A stretch of 64,000 nucleotides of DNA from Isurus oxyrinchus (GCA_026770705.1 JANJGN010000008.1:152086001-152150000); one strand, 5' to 3'. Numbered from the stretch's first letter, positions 11,991 to 25,397 are shown. Translations and numbers: made by a program. Notes: generated by a model from the sequence alone, not told the origin.

Positions 11991-12239
11991 TCAAGGTGTG
12001 CCTTTGTTAAGACAACTTTTGAAAAATGCACTGACTTTTCCTATTGTTATCATTCTCTATTTGAAAAATAAGTCACTCCTAACCCTAACCTAACCCTCTT
12101 CTGCCAAGTTTTAGTCATCATGCCCAACATTCCCTTAAGTAACTTGGTGACAAATTTTGTTTGGTGAGACTTGATGTACTATGGGTCTGCAAATGGATGC
12201 CAACTTCTGTAGTTACTGCAGGATCCTTTACAAAATTTA

Positions 12240-13430
12240 GGCATAATTATAGATTCCAGGGTTAGAGGAAAATGAATAAATGACAGATCCTTTTCCAGAA
12301 CGCCTTCTCATCTGTCTTGGCGATGTGTCACACTGCTTTGCACACATTAGGAGTGCAGTGACTGTAGAGATTGTAAAGATTAAGGTTTCTGTGTTTTTTC
12401 CTTCTTTGATCTAGAGGTTTGTACATCATGACCCTGTGGACAACATCCATTCTCAATCTCCAGATAAGGGGGAAGATGGCTCGGGTGACTGCAGGAGTGG
12501 GTAATGGGCCAAACCTGTGCATTGTAGAGTGACACAGAATACTGAGAGCACCACACACCTGATGACCAACTTCTTACTCATAATGAAGAGGGAGTGTCTC
12601 TCCTACATACCCAGTTTCTGTTTCACCGTGGCTATGAACTCCTTCCAGTTTTTCACATACGTCCTGGCCCCTTCAAACCATATTCCCAGCACTTTCATGT
12701 AGCCAGACCTGACGGTAAAGGGGACAATAGGACTGATTGACCAAGTTCCCAATGAACATGGGTCTTGCTCTTGCCACCATTTACTTTGGCTCCCAAGGCC
12801 AGCTCGAACTATTTGCAGATATTCATCAGTCTGTGAACGGACAGCAGGTCTGAAAAGAAGATGTACAGGGAGGCTTTGACCTGACTCCTTCTGGTGCTTG
12901 GGATTGTCTCCCATCTTATGCCTGAATCCTTCCTGATGGACTTGGCAAAATGTTTGTTACAGCACAGGAACAAAACAGCGGTGAGCAGACAGCTCCGCCT
13001 CAATTCAGATTTGAGCAAAAAAACCTTCTGATTCCCACCCGTTGATTGAAACAGTGCCACTGATGTTTGTGTAGAGCAGTTGTAGATTTCTTCCCCAAAC
13101 TCCATTTTGCAGAGAATGTCCATCATGTAGGTGTACAATAATTCTGTCAAAGGCCTTCTCCTGGTTCAAGCTGATGAGGCAGACATCCAGTCCGCACCCT
13201 GCACAAATCCCTGAGTGTTGTAAGGTTATCAGAGACCTTCCTGCCAGTTACAGTGAAGATCTGATCACCATGGATCACCAGCTCAGGAGCAGACTTGACC
13301 TGATTGGCGATGATTGTAGTTCATGTTCAGCAGTGAAACGGGCTGCTGATTTCTGGCTTCTGCACTATCCCCATTCTCACTTGTAGATAAGGGTGATGAT
13401 GCCTTTCCTCATGGATTCTGGCATGTTGAG
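12240..13430 (-). mobile_element. L1/Tx1-clade LINE reverse transcriptase relic
   Basis: The - strand gives SMRKGIITLIYK (~13415-13380), CLISLNQEKAFDRI (~13182-13141), QVKASLY and YMKVLGIWF..NW, with many frameshifts. Confidence 0.75.
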
Positions 13431-14289
13431 CACTGGTGTACAGCAGAGAACTGGGGTGAATGCTGGTGTACAAAAAACAAAGTCCCCCTTTTGGTCTTAC
13501 TTTGGGCACGCCAAGGAACAATGAATGACTTCACAGGGAAATTATCCAAACAGTAGGTTTATGGGCAGCCAGAGAAAAAAATCTAAAAATCGATACATAT
13601 TGAAAAGTGTTTGCTTTACTTTGGATGCTTATTTATGTAAATGCTTTTCGGCTCGATTTCTGCCCTTGAACCTTCTCCCCAAGGAGAGGTTGAGCCCTCC
13701 CAGAGCCTTGTCAAAGAGTTACAGGCAGGCATTAATACAAATGAATACACCTGCTTGTATAGACTCTCCCTGGTGACGATCACCCAGTCAGCCGGAGAGG
13801 TGTAAATCACTCCTGACAGTTACAATTCCCTGGAGGGTCTGGAATTAATATAACAATTTTGTGGGAGATGCAGCAGCAGTGCAATCCCAGAGGGCCAGGG
13901 TTGGATTAGTAGGAGCATGTTATTTGAACTCTGTGTGGGACCCACCCCCTGCCAGTGCATTTTAACACTCGAATGCTGGGGTGAGGGGCAGAGGGAAAGC
14001 AGGGACATTATTTCAATTATAGAAAAGAGCTGCAATTTGTGCAACCGTTCATTTCTTTTTCCTTTTAGAAATTTGAATTTTTTATTCTGCAGTTTTTATG
14101 TTCACGCATTTAATGCTAATCCTTCGGAATATTTCTGAATTATGAGGAAGACGGAGCAATTTTATTAATTAATTACTCTTAACGGTTTAATTTTTTTTCA
14201 CATTTGTTACCTGCAAGGTTTGCGTGGATTGTCTCAGATTATGGAAGGTTATCCGACAACTTCATTTACACGTTATATAGCCAGTTGGG

Positions 14290-14900
14290 TCTGTATCCAT
14301 CCCTGCCTCGGCTCATTTGATGCAGAAATCTTCATCCTTAATTTTGTTACCTCCAGACCTAACTATTCCAATGCTTTCATCACTGGCCTCACACCTTGCT
14401 CCCTCCATAAAATTGAGCTCATCCAAACTCCACTGCCTGTATCCTAACTCACACCAAGTCCCCTTCACCCATCACCCTTGTGCTCACTGACCTCTATTAG
14501 CTCCGGCCTGGGTAGCAGCTCAATTTAAAAAAAATTTATTCTTTGTTTTCAATGCCCTCCATGGCCTCACTCCTTGCCATCTTTGTGACCTTCTCCTGCA
14601 GTATAACCTTCCGTGATATCTGTGCCCCTACAGTCCTGGCCTCATGCACATCCCTGATCTTTCACATCTGTGTCTCCAAGTGCCTAGGCCCTACAGTCTG
14701 GAATTCCTTCACTAAACCTCTCCACCTATTCTACCTAATCTTAAGATGCTCCTTAAAACCTACCACTTCAACAGAGCATTTGTTCACCTGTCCTAATACC
14801 TCCCTTTGTGATTCTGTATCAAATTTTGCCTGATTATACCTCTGTGAAGCGCTTTAGGATGTTTTATACGTTAAAGGTGCTGTGCAAAAGCAAGTTGTCA
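14290..14900 (+). mobile_element. L2-like LINE 3' fragment
   Basis: FVTSRPNYSNA and IELIQ peptides typical of the L2 ORF2 C-terminus. Tail ctgtgaagcgcttt..gatgtttt..cgttaaaggtgct. Confidence 0.7.
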
Positions 14901-14927
14901 TTGTTGGTGCACCTAGAGCTGCATCTA

Positions 14928-16912
14928 GGGGAGGTGGTGGCGAAGTGATATTGTCTCCAAAGACCCAGGGTAATGCTTGGAGAACCTGCTTTCAAAAACC
15001 CATCGTGGCAGAAGGTGGAATTTGAATTTAATTTTACAAAAAAACCTGGAGGTTTAAACTGGTTCCTGCCAGCTGTAGAGGCTGTGCATGATAGTTTGAC
15101 AAACTCTAATAAATTTCTTAAATATTGAAAAAAAAATCTGGAAGTAAAAGTTTAATGATGACCATGAAACAATTGTTGTAAAAACCCATCTGGTTCACTT
15201 TAGGGAAGGATACCTGCTGTCCTTACCTGGCCTGGCCACATTGTGACTCCAGACCCACAGCAAAGTGGTAACACAATCAAGTTGAATAGTACTGAAGACT
15301 TGTGCTCCAGAATTTGCCATGGCCCATAGCCAAACTGTTCCAGCACAGCAATAACACTGGCATCTACCCTGGCTATGTGGAAAATTGCCCAGGGATGTTC
15401 TGTACACAAAAAGGACAAATCCAACCCGGCCATTTACCGCCCCATCATTCTACTCTTGATCATCAGTAAAGTATTGGAAGGGGTCATCAACAGTGTTATC
15501 AAACAGCACTTGCTTAGCAATAGCCTGCTCACTGATGCCCAGTTTGGGTTCCACCAGGGTTACTTAGCTTCTGACCTCATTACAGCCTTGGTTCATACAT
15601 GAACAAAAGAGCTGAACTCCCGAGGTGAGGCAAGAGTGACTGTCCTTGACATCAAGGCAGCATTTGACTGAATGTGGCATCAAGGGAGCGCTAGCAAAAC
15701 TGGAGTCAATGGGAAAACGCTCAGCTGGTTGCAGTCTTGCCTAGCACAAAGGAAGATGGTTGTGGTTGTTGGAGGCCAGTCATCTCAGCTCCAGGACATC
15801 GCTGCAGGAGTTCCTCAGGATAGTGTCCTGGGTCCAATCATCTTCAGCTGCTTCATCAATGATCTTCCTTCCATCATAAGGTGAGAAGTGGAATGTTCGC
15901 TGATGATTTCACAATGTTCAGCACTATTTGCGACTCCTCATACACTGAAGCAGTCCATGTACAAATGCAGCAAGACTTGGACAATATCCAGGCTTGGGCT
16001 GACAAGTGGCAAGTAACATTCGCACCACACAAGTGTCAGGCAATGACCATCTCCAACAAGAGAGAATCCAACCATCGCCCTTTGATGTTCAATGGCATTA
16101 CCATCACTGAATCTCCCACTATCAACATCCTGTGGGTTGCCATTGACCAGAAACTGAACTGGACTAGCCATATAAATACTGTGGCTGCAAGAGCAGGTCA
16201 GAGGCTAGGAATCGTGTGACGAGTAACTCACCTCCTTACTCCCAAAGCCTGTCCACCATCTATAAGGCACAAGTCAGGAGTGTGATGAAATACTCTCCAC
16301 TTGCCTGGATGAGCACAGCTCCCACACATTCAAGAAGCTGGACACCATCCAGGACTAAGCAGCCTGCTTGATTGGCACCACATCCAAAAACATTCACTCT
16401 CTCCGCCACTGACATACAGTAGGAGCAGTGTGTACCATATATACAAGATGCACTGCAGGAATTCACCAAGTCTTCTTCAACAGCACCTTCCAAACCCATG
16501 AGCACTACCACCTGTAAGGACAAGGGCAGCAGATAGATGGGAACACCAGCACCTGGAAGTTCCCTTCGAAGTCACTCACCATCCTGACTTGGAAATATAT
16601 CACTGTTCCTTCACTGTCGTTGGGTCAAAATCCTGGAACTTCCTTCCTAACAGCATTGTGGATGTACCTACACCACAGGGACTGCAGCAGTTCAAGAAGG
16701 CAGCTCACTACCACCTTCTCAAGGACAGCTAGGGATGGGCAATAAATGCTGGTCCAGCCAGCGAAGCCCACATCCCGTGAATGAATAAAAAAAAACTCTT
16801 AAATGCCCTCTGAAATGGCCTAGTAAGCTACTCAGTTCTCAAGGGCAATTAGGGATGGGCAGTAAATGCTGGCCTAGCCAGCGACGCCTCCATCCCATGA
16901 ATGAATGAAAAA
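14928..16912 (+). mobile_element. tRNA-derived SINE (14928-15269 and 16796-16912) split by a LINE insertion
   Basis: The two halves join into a sequence colinear with the uninterrupted copy at 24763-25109 (cacagc..gtggt | actcttaaatg). Confidence 0.75.
15285..16795 (+). mobile_element. 5'-truncated CR1/L2-group LINE, RT domain to 3' end (decayed)
   Basis: YRPI.LL.IISKVLE, QFGF, LDIKAAFD, GVPQDSVLGP, FADD and QQDLDNIQAWADKWQVTF motifs, broken by stops and frameshifts. Confidence 0.92.
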
Positions 16913-17074
16913 TATGAGACCCTCACAATTGTATGGGAATGCAATTGTTAAATGTTTACTCACAGTATCGTAAACCACTTTAAACAGCTTAATCTCTGAT
17001 TTACAGGGAATATTGGATGGCTGAGAGTAATTATGAGGTAGTAATCTAATTAAAGGCTCTACGTAATGTCTGCC

Positions 17075-17300
17075 TTGGATCAGTTAGTAGCACTTCTGCT
17101 ACTGAGTCATAAAGGTTATGAGTTTAAACCCCTTCCACATGCAGACAATGGACTTGTGCACAGTACCTGGCTGGAACTACAGTACAGCACTGAGGGAGTG
17201 CAGGGACTGTCTTTGGATGAGATATTAAAGTAAGACCCCCTGTGATTGCTTGGGTGAATGTTAAAGATTCCATGCCATGGTTCAAAGAAGATCAGGAAAC
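17075..17300 (+). mobile_element. Deu-domain SINE fragment
   Basis: tRNA-like head followed by gcactgagggagtgc..gtctttggatgagatattaaa..taaagattccatg. Confidence 0.6.
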
Positions 17301-18028
17301 TCTTTTTCAAATTGCTGCTTTTCCTATTTCATTTTCTTTAAAGACATCAAATTATGTCACATGATCTTCTGAAACTGGACGGTTTAATTGATATTGTTTT
17401 ATTTCATTATGGTGGTGGAGAGGTAGTGGTACATCTATCCTTTAAGAGCAGGTTTATTGTAACTTTGGTATCACTGCACATCAGAATGACACTGTTTGCA
17501 GTATAACTTTGGTTTCAGGATCTAATGGGTTTCAAGGGAGAACCTGCTGAATGTCCTTTTAACCTTGATCCGGAGTCGATGTGGGCAGCTTTGATTCAGC
17601 TCCAGTTTATGGAGGATGGGAGGCTGGCTAAGAGAGCATTGCAGTGTTTGAGAAACATGGACACGGGGTATCCTGTTTGGTGCAGTTGTTCAGGGCAAAG
17701 TTAATTTGCTTGCATCCTGGCCTGGCATAGAACGGCAATACCCATTTCAGTGAAGCACTGATTGAAGTTGTTTTCACAAAGAATTTTGTACAGAGTCAAG
17801 AAAGTAGGTTCTTGTTTGTGAAAAATCGCAGCAATCTTTATTGTTGTGGGTGCTTCCAAATCAAAGATTCCAACATTACAATTGTGATCACTCTTCAAAA
17901 GTACCTAGTTGTCTAGAAAGGGCTTTGAAACGTCTTGTGCTCACGAAAAGTGCTACAGTGTTTTTTCATTCATTGTTTCATATTTAGATTGTATTTCAGA
18001 AGAACAACAATATTTTCAATCTCTATAA

Positions 18029-19219
18029 GGCAGAACTCAATCTCCCTTTATTTCTCTCCTCCCCTCAGCACTGGTTGCTTTTGCAGTGGAGTTTCTTCAT
18101 GTTGACCATTCCAATGCTGAATAAGGCTCCCATCCATAACGTTGTCTGATTTTTTTGATTCAGCTTTGTGTATTTTCTGCATTTGCTGCTTTTCTGCAGT
18201 CCCTGGGCTTTCCATTTTTTTATCAGCAATAATGACCCATAACTTCCAACCTGCGGGATGCCAAACCCAGAAGGTATCCCAAAAGATTGCCAAGCGACCC
18301 TCCCAGAAGTCCCCATATTAAGACTGCATGGCAATTGCCCGGGAAGCTCAAAGTTCCGATTGGCAATTACCCTGCACTGGTAACTATCCGATCTCCAATT
18401 TAAATTGCAGATTTCAAAGGTTCTAGCTGTCGTACAGAAATGGTTACCCAGGAAAAGTTAGAAGAATTAAAACCATTTCTAACTCCTGAGTAACTATAAT
18501 GCTCACCCCCCCCACATGACCTCCCGACTGCCCTCCCCACCTGTCACTGGACCCCTGACTCCCCCCAAATATGACCCCACCCTGACTACTGTCCTGACTC
18601 CCCCATGGGACCCCCAACTAACCACCCACCTCTGACTACTCTCCCGACTCCGCCAACTATCCCCTGCATCCCCTGACTATACCCCCGCCCAGCATCCCCT
18701 GGAGACCACCCACTCTCCTCTGATCATCTGACCCGTCCCAATGACCATCCAACCACTCCACTGATCACATGACTCCCCTCACTGACCACCCCACCCCCAA
18801 CGACCACCCAACCTGCACCCCCAAACCAACCCCATCCTACCCACTTAGCTTATACACTTACCTCTCCTTGGCTTCTCAAACTTACCTGCTTTATGGCCAA
18901 TGACCTTATCATTTATCTCATTGCTCTGTGTAAATTAGGAGCTGTGGATCCAGCATTACAACAGTAATTCATTTGCTGTGGAGTAATTAGGGATGCCCTG
19001 AGGTTGTGGAAAACGCTATTCTGTATAGTTCTTTCTATCTTTCTATATTGGGTCAAAACATCCGTGGACTGGCAACCACTGTCGGATTGCCATTCCACTC
19101 CTAGTTACTTATACTGAAATGCAGCCACACCTTTCTCGCCTGACCTTCTGACTTGCGCCGGGTGAGAAATGTGCAGTGCAAGCGGGTTCCTGCGGCCTTC
19201 GGTCAAGTGCAGGAGAGCT
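18029..19219. mobile_element. Possible old non-autonomous DNA transposon with a C-rich low-complexity core (18505-18845)
   Basis: Degenerate inverted ends ggcagaactcaatctccc / gggaaatgaagtcatgcc (13 of 18 match). No TSD found. Confidence 0.3.
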
Positions 19220-19862
19220 GGGGGAAATGAAGTCATGCCCCTTTTTATCTTTAATTGTTCTATATTTGGAATGTATTTCAGAAGAACGACAATATTTTCA
19301 ATCACTATAACCCTGAACTCATTCTCCCTCACTGATTTTGCAATGGAGTTTCCATTTTGTACTTTGATTGGGGGATATAAGAACCCAGAGAGGGTGCTCC
19401 TCAAATAGTGCCTTAGGTGCTTTTATATCCATCTGACAGTGCAAAATGGGCCTTGTCTTAATTAAACTCTAAGATAGTCAAAGAGAAGAGCAGTACCTCT
19501 TCAAGATAGGCATTCCTGGAAGAGAAGTGGCAGTCAATTAAACACTAAGCCTTGTCTTAATGTCTCATGTGAAAGACGGCACCCCTGACAGTGCAGCAGT
19601 CCCACAGTACTGCACTGGAGTGTTAGTCTAGATTATCTGCTAAAGTTTCTAGAGTAGAAATTAAACCTTTTGGCTCAGAGTTGAGAGTACAACCACTAAG
19701 GCAAGTCTGACCTGATTTTTGGATAATTACTTCTTTTGGTTTTTGTAAAACATTGAGATGGCTAAAGATTTTTTCCCTGTTTTCGTGTAGATTTATACAA
19801 ACCGCATTATAAATGAAGGGGATCCACACCTCCATACTCAGATGCTTCATGACGAAAACTAT

Positions 19863-19975
19863 GGCCGGGGCTTTCCAGCCCTGCCCGTCACCGGGATCTT
19901 CTGGTCCTGCCAAAAGCCAATGGAATTTTGGCTGATCCACCGCATCCCCTGTGGTGGGGCTGAAAAATTCCGGCC
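19863..19975 (+). mobile_element. 113-bp mini-MITE (Harbinger-like ends)
   Basis: GGCCGGggcTTT / AAAttCCGGCC termini with a tat TSD on both sides. Core related to 24678-25158 and 43666-43782. Confidence 0.7.
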
Positions 19976-20739
19976 TATGAATGGAGCTTTTCAGCCGGAG
20001 TTAACAATGGAAAAGATGCTCTGTCAAACTGTAACTAAATATAGAAAGCTCTTACACTATATCCACAGGCGTGACTTAATGACTTTATTGCCCATCAGAT
20101 ATCAGAGGGTGGATTTTTATGCAGATGCAACCAAAACACCACATTTTATGGCTTTTAGAGAGAATAGAGTTGGGTAGAAAATGCCTTTGATTTCACTTGT
20201 ACTTTCAACTAACTGGCTCAATAGCCACTCAGAAACAATCTAATATATTAGTTTTCCAACTTTCAGGCTGGAAATGGAATAAGACCCTTTTAACTGTAGC
20301 ACTGCACTTGACATATTTTTACTTGCAAATCAGTGATAAGGATGGGATTACAATAAACAGAGAAATAATTCTGCTGAAGCCAGTCCCAAGGGTGTTTGTT
20401 GGGTCGAGAACCCAATAGCATTGGCTTGTAAAACTCTATAGTCCTTAGCACTGCGGTCTTGACAGGTTTATAAACTGCACTCTCCCTCTGGGATTCTAAA
20501 TCTCTTTGCAAGTTCAATCAGTCATGACTCACTCAGCTCAGATATAAGAGAGAGAGGAAATCCAAATTAATTCTGGAAATGTAGTCTGTATTTTTATCTC
20601 TGAACTGATTATTATGGGGTACATGTCTTAACCACTGGACGGCTTTCCCCACTTTCTGTATTAAAATTTGCTTCGCAGTTGCTATAGTTGACAGGCATTT
20701 TATTATTCTCCCCATTGTTTAAAATAGGTATCTAGCGTT

Positions 20740-21005
20740 GTGTTGAGGGAGTGCTGCATCATTGGGGGTGCCGTCTTTTGGGTGAGATGTTAAACCCCGC
20801 CATATTCTCAGGCAAGGTACTATTTCAAAGAAGAGCAAGGGGGCTGCTTGTGGGATCTTGCTGTGCACAGATCAGCTGCTGCATTTCCTACAATGCGACA
20901 GTGATTTCATTTCAAAAGCATTTAATTGTTGGTAAAGTGCTTTAGAGTGTCCCGGGGCCATGAAAGGTACTGTATAAATGCAAATGTTTCATTTGTCCTT
21001 TCTTT
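20740..21005 (+). mobile_element. Deu-domain SINE, internally deleted
   Basis: ggtgccgtcttttgggtgagatgttaaacc core and tgaaaggtactgtataaatgcaa tail. Confidence 0.7.
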
Positions 21006-21329
21006 TAGAGATGTGCTTTTCTGATTTAGCTGGGAATTTTGGCCACAGAAGTGCATATCAAAAGTTGGGGCACACACTGCACATAGTTTTCATACCATTT
21101 ACAAATCTGATGCACACCTTAGCAATCCATAGCCAACATGGAGGACATAAGAGGTCATTTCTGACTTTGCATTCCCAGTGGATGGGATATTTAGCGACAA
21201 GTGAAAAGGCAGAAAACTGTCCTGTAGGCTTTCTATGCTATTTGTCCCCTAGTGAAAGTGTGCATTAGACAGGACACTGTATAGAATTTTACAATAGGAG
21301 AATGAGCTATCAGCAAAACCAGTTAAAAA

Positions 21330-21530
21330 CCAAAGACATATAGAGGTCCTGAAATTGACTGAAGGCTCAGCAGGTCTGACAGCATCTGTGGAGAGAAAGA
21401 CAGAGTTAACATTTCGAGGCCAACGTTAAGTCTGTCTCTCTCTCCACAGATGCTGTCAGACCTGCTGAGTTTTTCCAGCATTTTTTGTTTTTGTTTCAGG
21501 TTTCCAGCTTCCGCAGTATTTTCCCTTTAG
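21330..21530. mobile_element. Penelope-derived inverted-repeat element
   Basis: 45-bp arms 21366-21410 and 21425-21469 are near-perfect reverse complements and match the Penelope 3' end at 34990-35055. Confidence 0.75.
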
Positions 21531-21571
21531 CCGAAGGCTCTCCTGCTTCCCTTGTCAAAGCTCAGAAATAT

Positions 21572-21800
21572 AACCATAGAACCGTGGAAAAGTTGTGGTG
21601 CAGAAATAGGCCATTCAACCAATCGTGTCTGCATCGGCTAAAAAAAGAGAAAAAAAGAAACTAGCTGCTCATTTTAATCCAATTTTCCAGCACCTGGTCT
21701 GTAGCCTTGCAGGTTACAGCACTTCAGATGCAGATCCAGGCACCTCTTAAATGAGTTGAGCATTTCAGCCTCAACCACCATATCAGGCAGTGAATTCCAG
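21572..21800 (-). mobile_element. CR1 LINE 3' tail
   Basis: accatagaaccgt..ggccattcaacc..ggcagtgaattccaga, the reverse of a CR1 tail. Confidence 0.6.
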
Positions 21801-21804
21801 ATGA

Positions 21805-22925
21805 TTTGACACAGTTTTTCCTTTTAACAACTGTCTCCAGTCCGCTTTCGCCAGCTCACCTCTGTAAAATTTGCCTTCCCCCAATTTAGAACTTTCACTC
21901 CTGTTCTATCTTTGTCTTTTTCCATAATGATGCTAAATTTAACTGTATTATGGTCACTACCTCCAAAATGCTCTCCCACTGCTACTTCATCCACTTGCCC
22001 AGCTTCATTTCCTAAGACCAAATCTAGAATTGTGCCCCCTCTTATTGGGTTTGTTATGCACTGGCTAAAAAAGTTCTCTTGAATGCAGTTCAAGAATTTT
22101 TTGCCCTCTGTGCCCTTCACAATGTTCGTATCCCAACTGATATTTGGGTAGTTGAAGACCCCAATGATTAATGCCCCATTATTTTTGCACTCAGAAATCT
22201 GTCTACATATTTGCTCTTCTAACTCCTTTCTACTATTTTGGGGTCTATAGTACACTCCTAGCAGTGTGGCTGCCCCTTTTTTATTTCTGAATTCAACCCA
22301 TATGGCCTCATTTGATGCTTCATTTAGCATATCATCCCTTCTCACAGCTGTAATTGATTCTTTAGCCAATAATGCTACACCCCCACCTTTTTTATCACCC
22401 TCTCTATCCTGCCTGAAAACTTCATATTCAGGGATGTTGAGCTGCCATTTTTGCCGCTCTTTAAGCCAAGTTTCTGTTATAACAATGATATCATGCTGCC
22501 ATGTGTCTCTGCCCCCAGCTCATCGGCTTTATTTACTATGCACCTTGCATTTACATATATACCTTTTAACACTGCCAAATTCCCATGCTACACTTTTTAA
22601 CCTGGGCTGCTTCTGTTTTTCAAACTCACTCACTAAATCTCCATCTCCTGCTCCCTGTTCTGAATTTTCCCTCAGGTTCCCAATCCCCTGCCAATATAGT
22701 TAAAACCACCTCATTCCACACCACACCACCACCCCCCGCCCCCCCCACCCACCCCACCACCCCCACCACCCCCACTCCGCAACAGCACGAGCAAATCTCC
22801 CTGTGAGAATATTCATTCCAGTTCTGTTCAGGTGTAGACCATCCAGCTTGTACATGTCCCACCTTCCCCTGAACCAATCCCAATGCCTCAGAAATCTGAT
22901 GCCCTCCCTCCTACACCAGTTTTCC
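21805..22925 (-). mobile_element. CR1 LINE internal fragment: ORF1 esterase end and ORF2 AP endonuclease
   Basis: ORF 21824-22369 has EAIWVE, GVYYRP, FNYPNI.W, LDLVLGN and GSDHN. The - strand at 22918-22795 reads WCRREGIRFLRHW..YKLDGLHLN. Confidence 0.9.
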
Positions 22926-23494
22926 AGCTACAAATATTAGCAGCATCTAGGGAAACTGGTGCAAACAGCTGTAAACAATTGTTTTGGCCATTTTCCCTGG
23001 ATGGGGGAGATGGTGGGGAGAGGGGAGGGCTGATTGTGTCATGAGTAACAGTGAGTGATTGTTGAAATTCAAGACCAATTTTGTAAGCAGTGGAGTATTA
23101 TACCATGCAATACACAAAGTATTATTCTGCTGCTAAGGTGAAGCAATGTATCTTTAAGAGTTGAAACTAATTAATGTTAGGTTAAATATTGAGTGATTTT
23201 TTTTTCCAAAAATGATTCTCTATTTAGGCTGGGGATCAGAAACATAGTTTTAATCAATTTCGAGGCTGCAGATATTGTGACACTGGTCATGAAATGCTTG
23301 CTTTCCTGAAAAATGTGTACATTTCAAATGATTGTCTTTGTTCCTTTATACTTTTTAAAAGAAAGATATGACATAGAAATTTGCAATGGGCCGTGGTGTG
23401 ATACTGCTGAAATGTGACAGGCAGGAATCGTATGCTAGTTGCTAGGGCCAAAAGTGTTTAATTAATAAGCAGGTTGCAAAGACCTTTGTATCAA

Positions 23495-23880
23495 AGATTA
23501 AGAGATGATCTAATTGAGATGTTTAAAATGGCTAAAGGATTTTACAGGATAGATAAAGAAAAACTATTTCCTGTAGTGGTGGAATCCTGAATAAGGAAGC
23601 ATAACTTTAAAATTAGAGCTAATCATTCGTGGATGATATTAGGAAGCATGTCCTTGCGCAAAGTGTTTTGGGAATCTGGAATGCTCTCCCCAGAAATGTT
23701 GGTGAGGTCAGATCAATTGAAAGTTTCAAAACTGAGTTTGATAAATTTTTGCTCGGCAAAGGATATTACAGAACTAGGGCAGGTGGTTAGAGGAACGATA
23801 CCGGCCAACTATAATCTAGTCGAATTGTGGAACAGACTCAAGGAGCTGAATGGCTTACTCCTGTTTTTTATGTTTCTGCT
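23495..23880 (+). mobile_element. CR1 LINE 3' fragment
   Basis: LRDDLIEMFKM-type C-terminal coding relic and gagctgaatggcttactcctg tail. Confidence 0.7.
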
Positions 23881-24677
23881 TTAAATTTCTAAAGGTGCAA
23901 TTAATCTGACCAGTTTCTAGTAGCTACAGGAGATCATATAGCACAAAACAAATTGACAATTCATCCAGATTGAGGGCAAAGAAAGTCACAGGTGCAATAG
24001 ATGTAGGATTAAGACATACTGCTGAGGTGGGATGGTGGTGGCGGAGAGGATAGTGGGAACATTATTCAATAGCAGGCCCTGGAAGGTCTTGACACTTGCA
24101 ATAGGTCCGAAAAGTGAAAAAACCATTTGGTGCCCAGCACTGATAATCCTCATCTTCATATATTTGTCGTCATCATCCATTTTTCTGTGTAAGACCCTCA
24201 GTAAAACTTTCATCCTCTCAGCTGATCCTATTATAACCCTCGTCTAGTTTTGCAACCTTTGTAAAATGCTCATGGACCAACAAATTTATTTTACATTTGT
24301 GAATCATTGTTCATTCACTGGCTCAGGAAAGCAGCTGATCCTGAGCAGGAGTGGATTTTCTCGTAATTTACAGTAGATAGGCAGAGGCAGTCGCATCTTA
24401 AGATTGTGTTTCCAATAACCTAGTCATTGATGTAAAAAAGGAGCTTGATGAACATCAGTTCATTGATCAATTTTTCCTGTTGTCATGGGCTAAATTTCAA
24501 AATATTTAGGATGGTCATTGGTTGGTTTGTTACCTTTTGCCAGGTGCAGAACCAGTTGGGGGCAGGATAAGGACAGGGCATCGGCTAGAGTCATAGCTTG
24601 AGCTATCTGTTTTGGGCTGATAACCTTGGGCTAATTACCAATGCCTCTGGACTATAAGATACAAAATTAAGAACTTA

Positions 24678-25158
24678 GGGTGGAATTTTACAGCCCCTCC
24701 CGCCGATGGGATTTTCCATTTCTGCCAAAGTCAATGGAGTTTGGAATAGCTCACCTGAGGCAGGGAGGTGGTGGTGTAGTGGTGTTATTACTGGATTTGT
24801 GGTCTAGATACCTGCGGTAATGCTCTGGGGACCCAGGTTTGAATCCCACCATGGGAAATGATGAGATTTGAATTCAAATCTGGAATTAAAAGTTTAACGA
24901 TGACTGTAACATGATGGTCATAAAAGCCCACCTGGTTTGGGAAGGAAATCTATCACCCTTACCTGGTCTGGCCAACATGTGGCTCCAGACCCACAGCCAT
25001 GTGGTTGACTATTAAATGGTCTATTAAGCCACTTAATTCTCAAGCCCAACAGGCAATAGATGCTGGCCTAGCTAGTGTTACCCACATTTAAGAACAAATA
25101 TGAAAAAAACATTGTATGGCCCTGCCTTTACTGTGACAGGTCTGTAAAAATTCCACCG
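24678..25158 (+). mobile_element. Mini-MITE interrupted by a tRNA-derived SINE (24763-25109)
   Basis: TIRs GGGTGGAATTTT / AAAATTCCACCG and the shared core gccaaagtcaatggagttt. The SINE has A/B boxes (tggtgtagtgg; ggtttgaatccc) and the LINE-shared tail. Confidence 0.7.
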
Positions 25159-25397
25159 TTGGCAGTGTAAAAGTTCAACCCTACAGTATTAGTTGAGGGC
25201 TAGGACTTGTTCATTAATTCCCAAGCTTTCTTAGATAACTGTGATGGTGGGAAGAGGGCAGCAGGAAAGATTCCTAACTTTTAATTAAGTTGGATATGAG
25301 GAATTGCCAAAAACCAGCTAAAATTTGATTTGTTTTCATTGATGAAAAGAAAATGGTGTGAACTAGGCCTTTGAAATGGTTGTTGGTACTGCCACAA

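Noticed and set aside
23986-24247. Overlapping ORFs including a DDDDK (FLAG/enterokinase-like) motif
   Set aside because: Five residues can occur by chance. No DYK, no vector context and no convincing splice sites.
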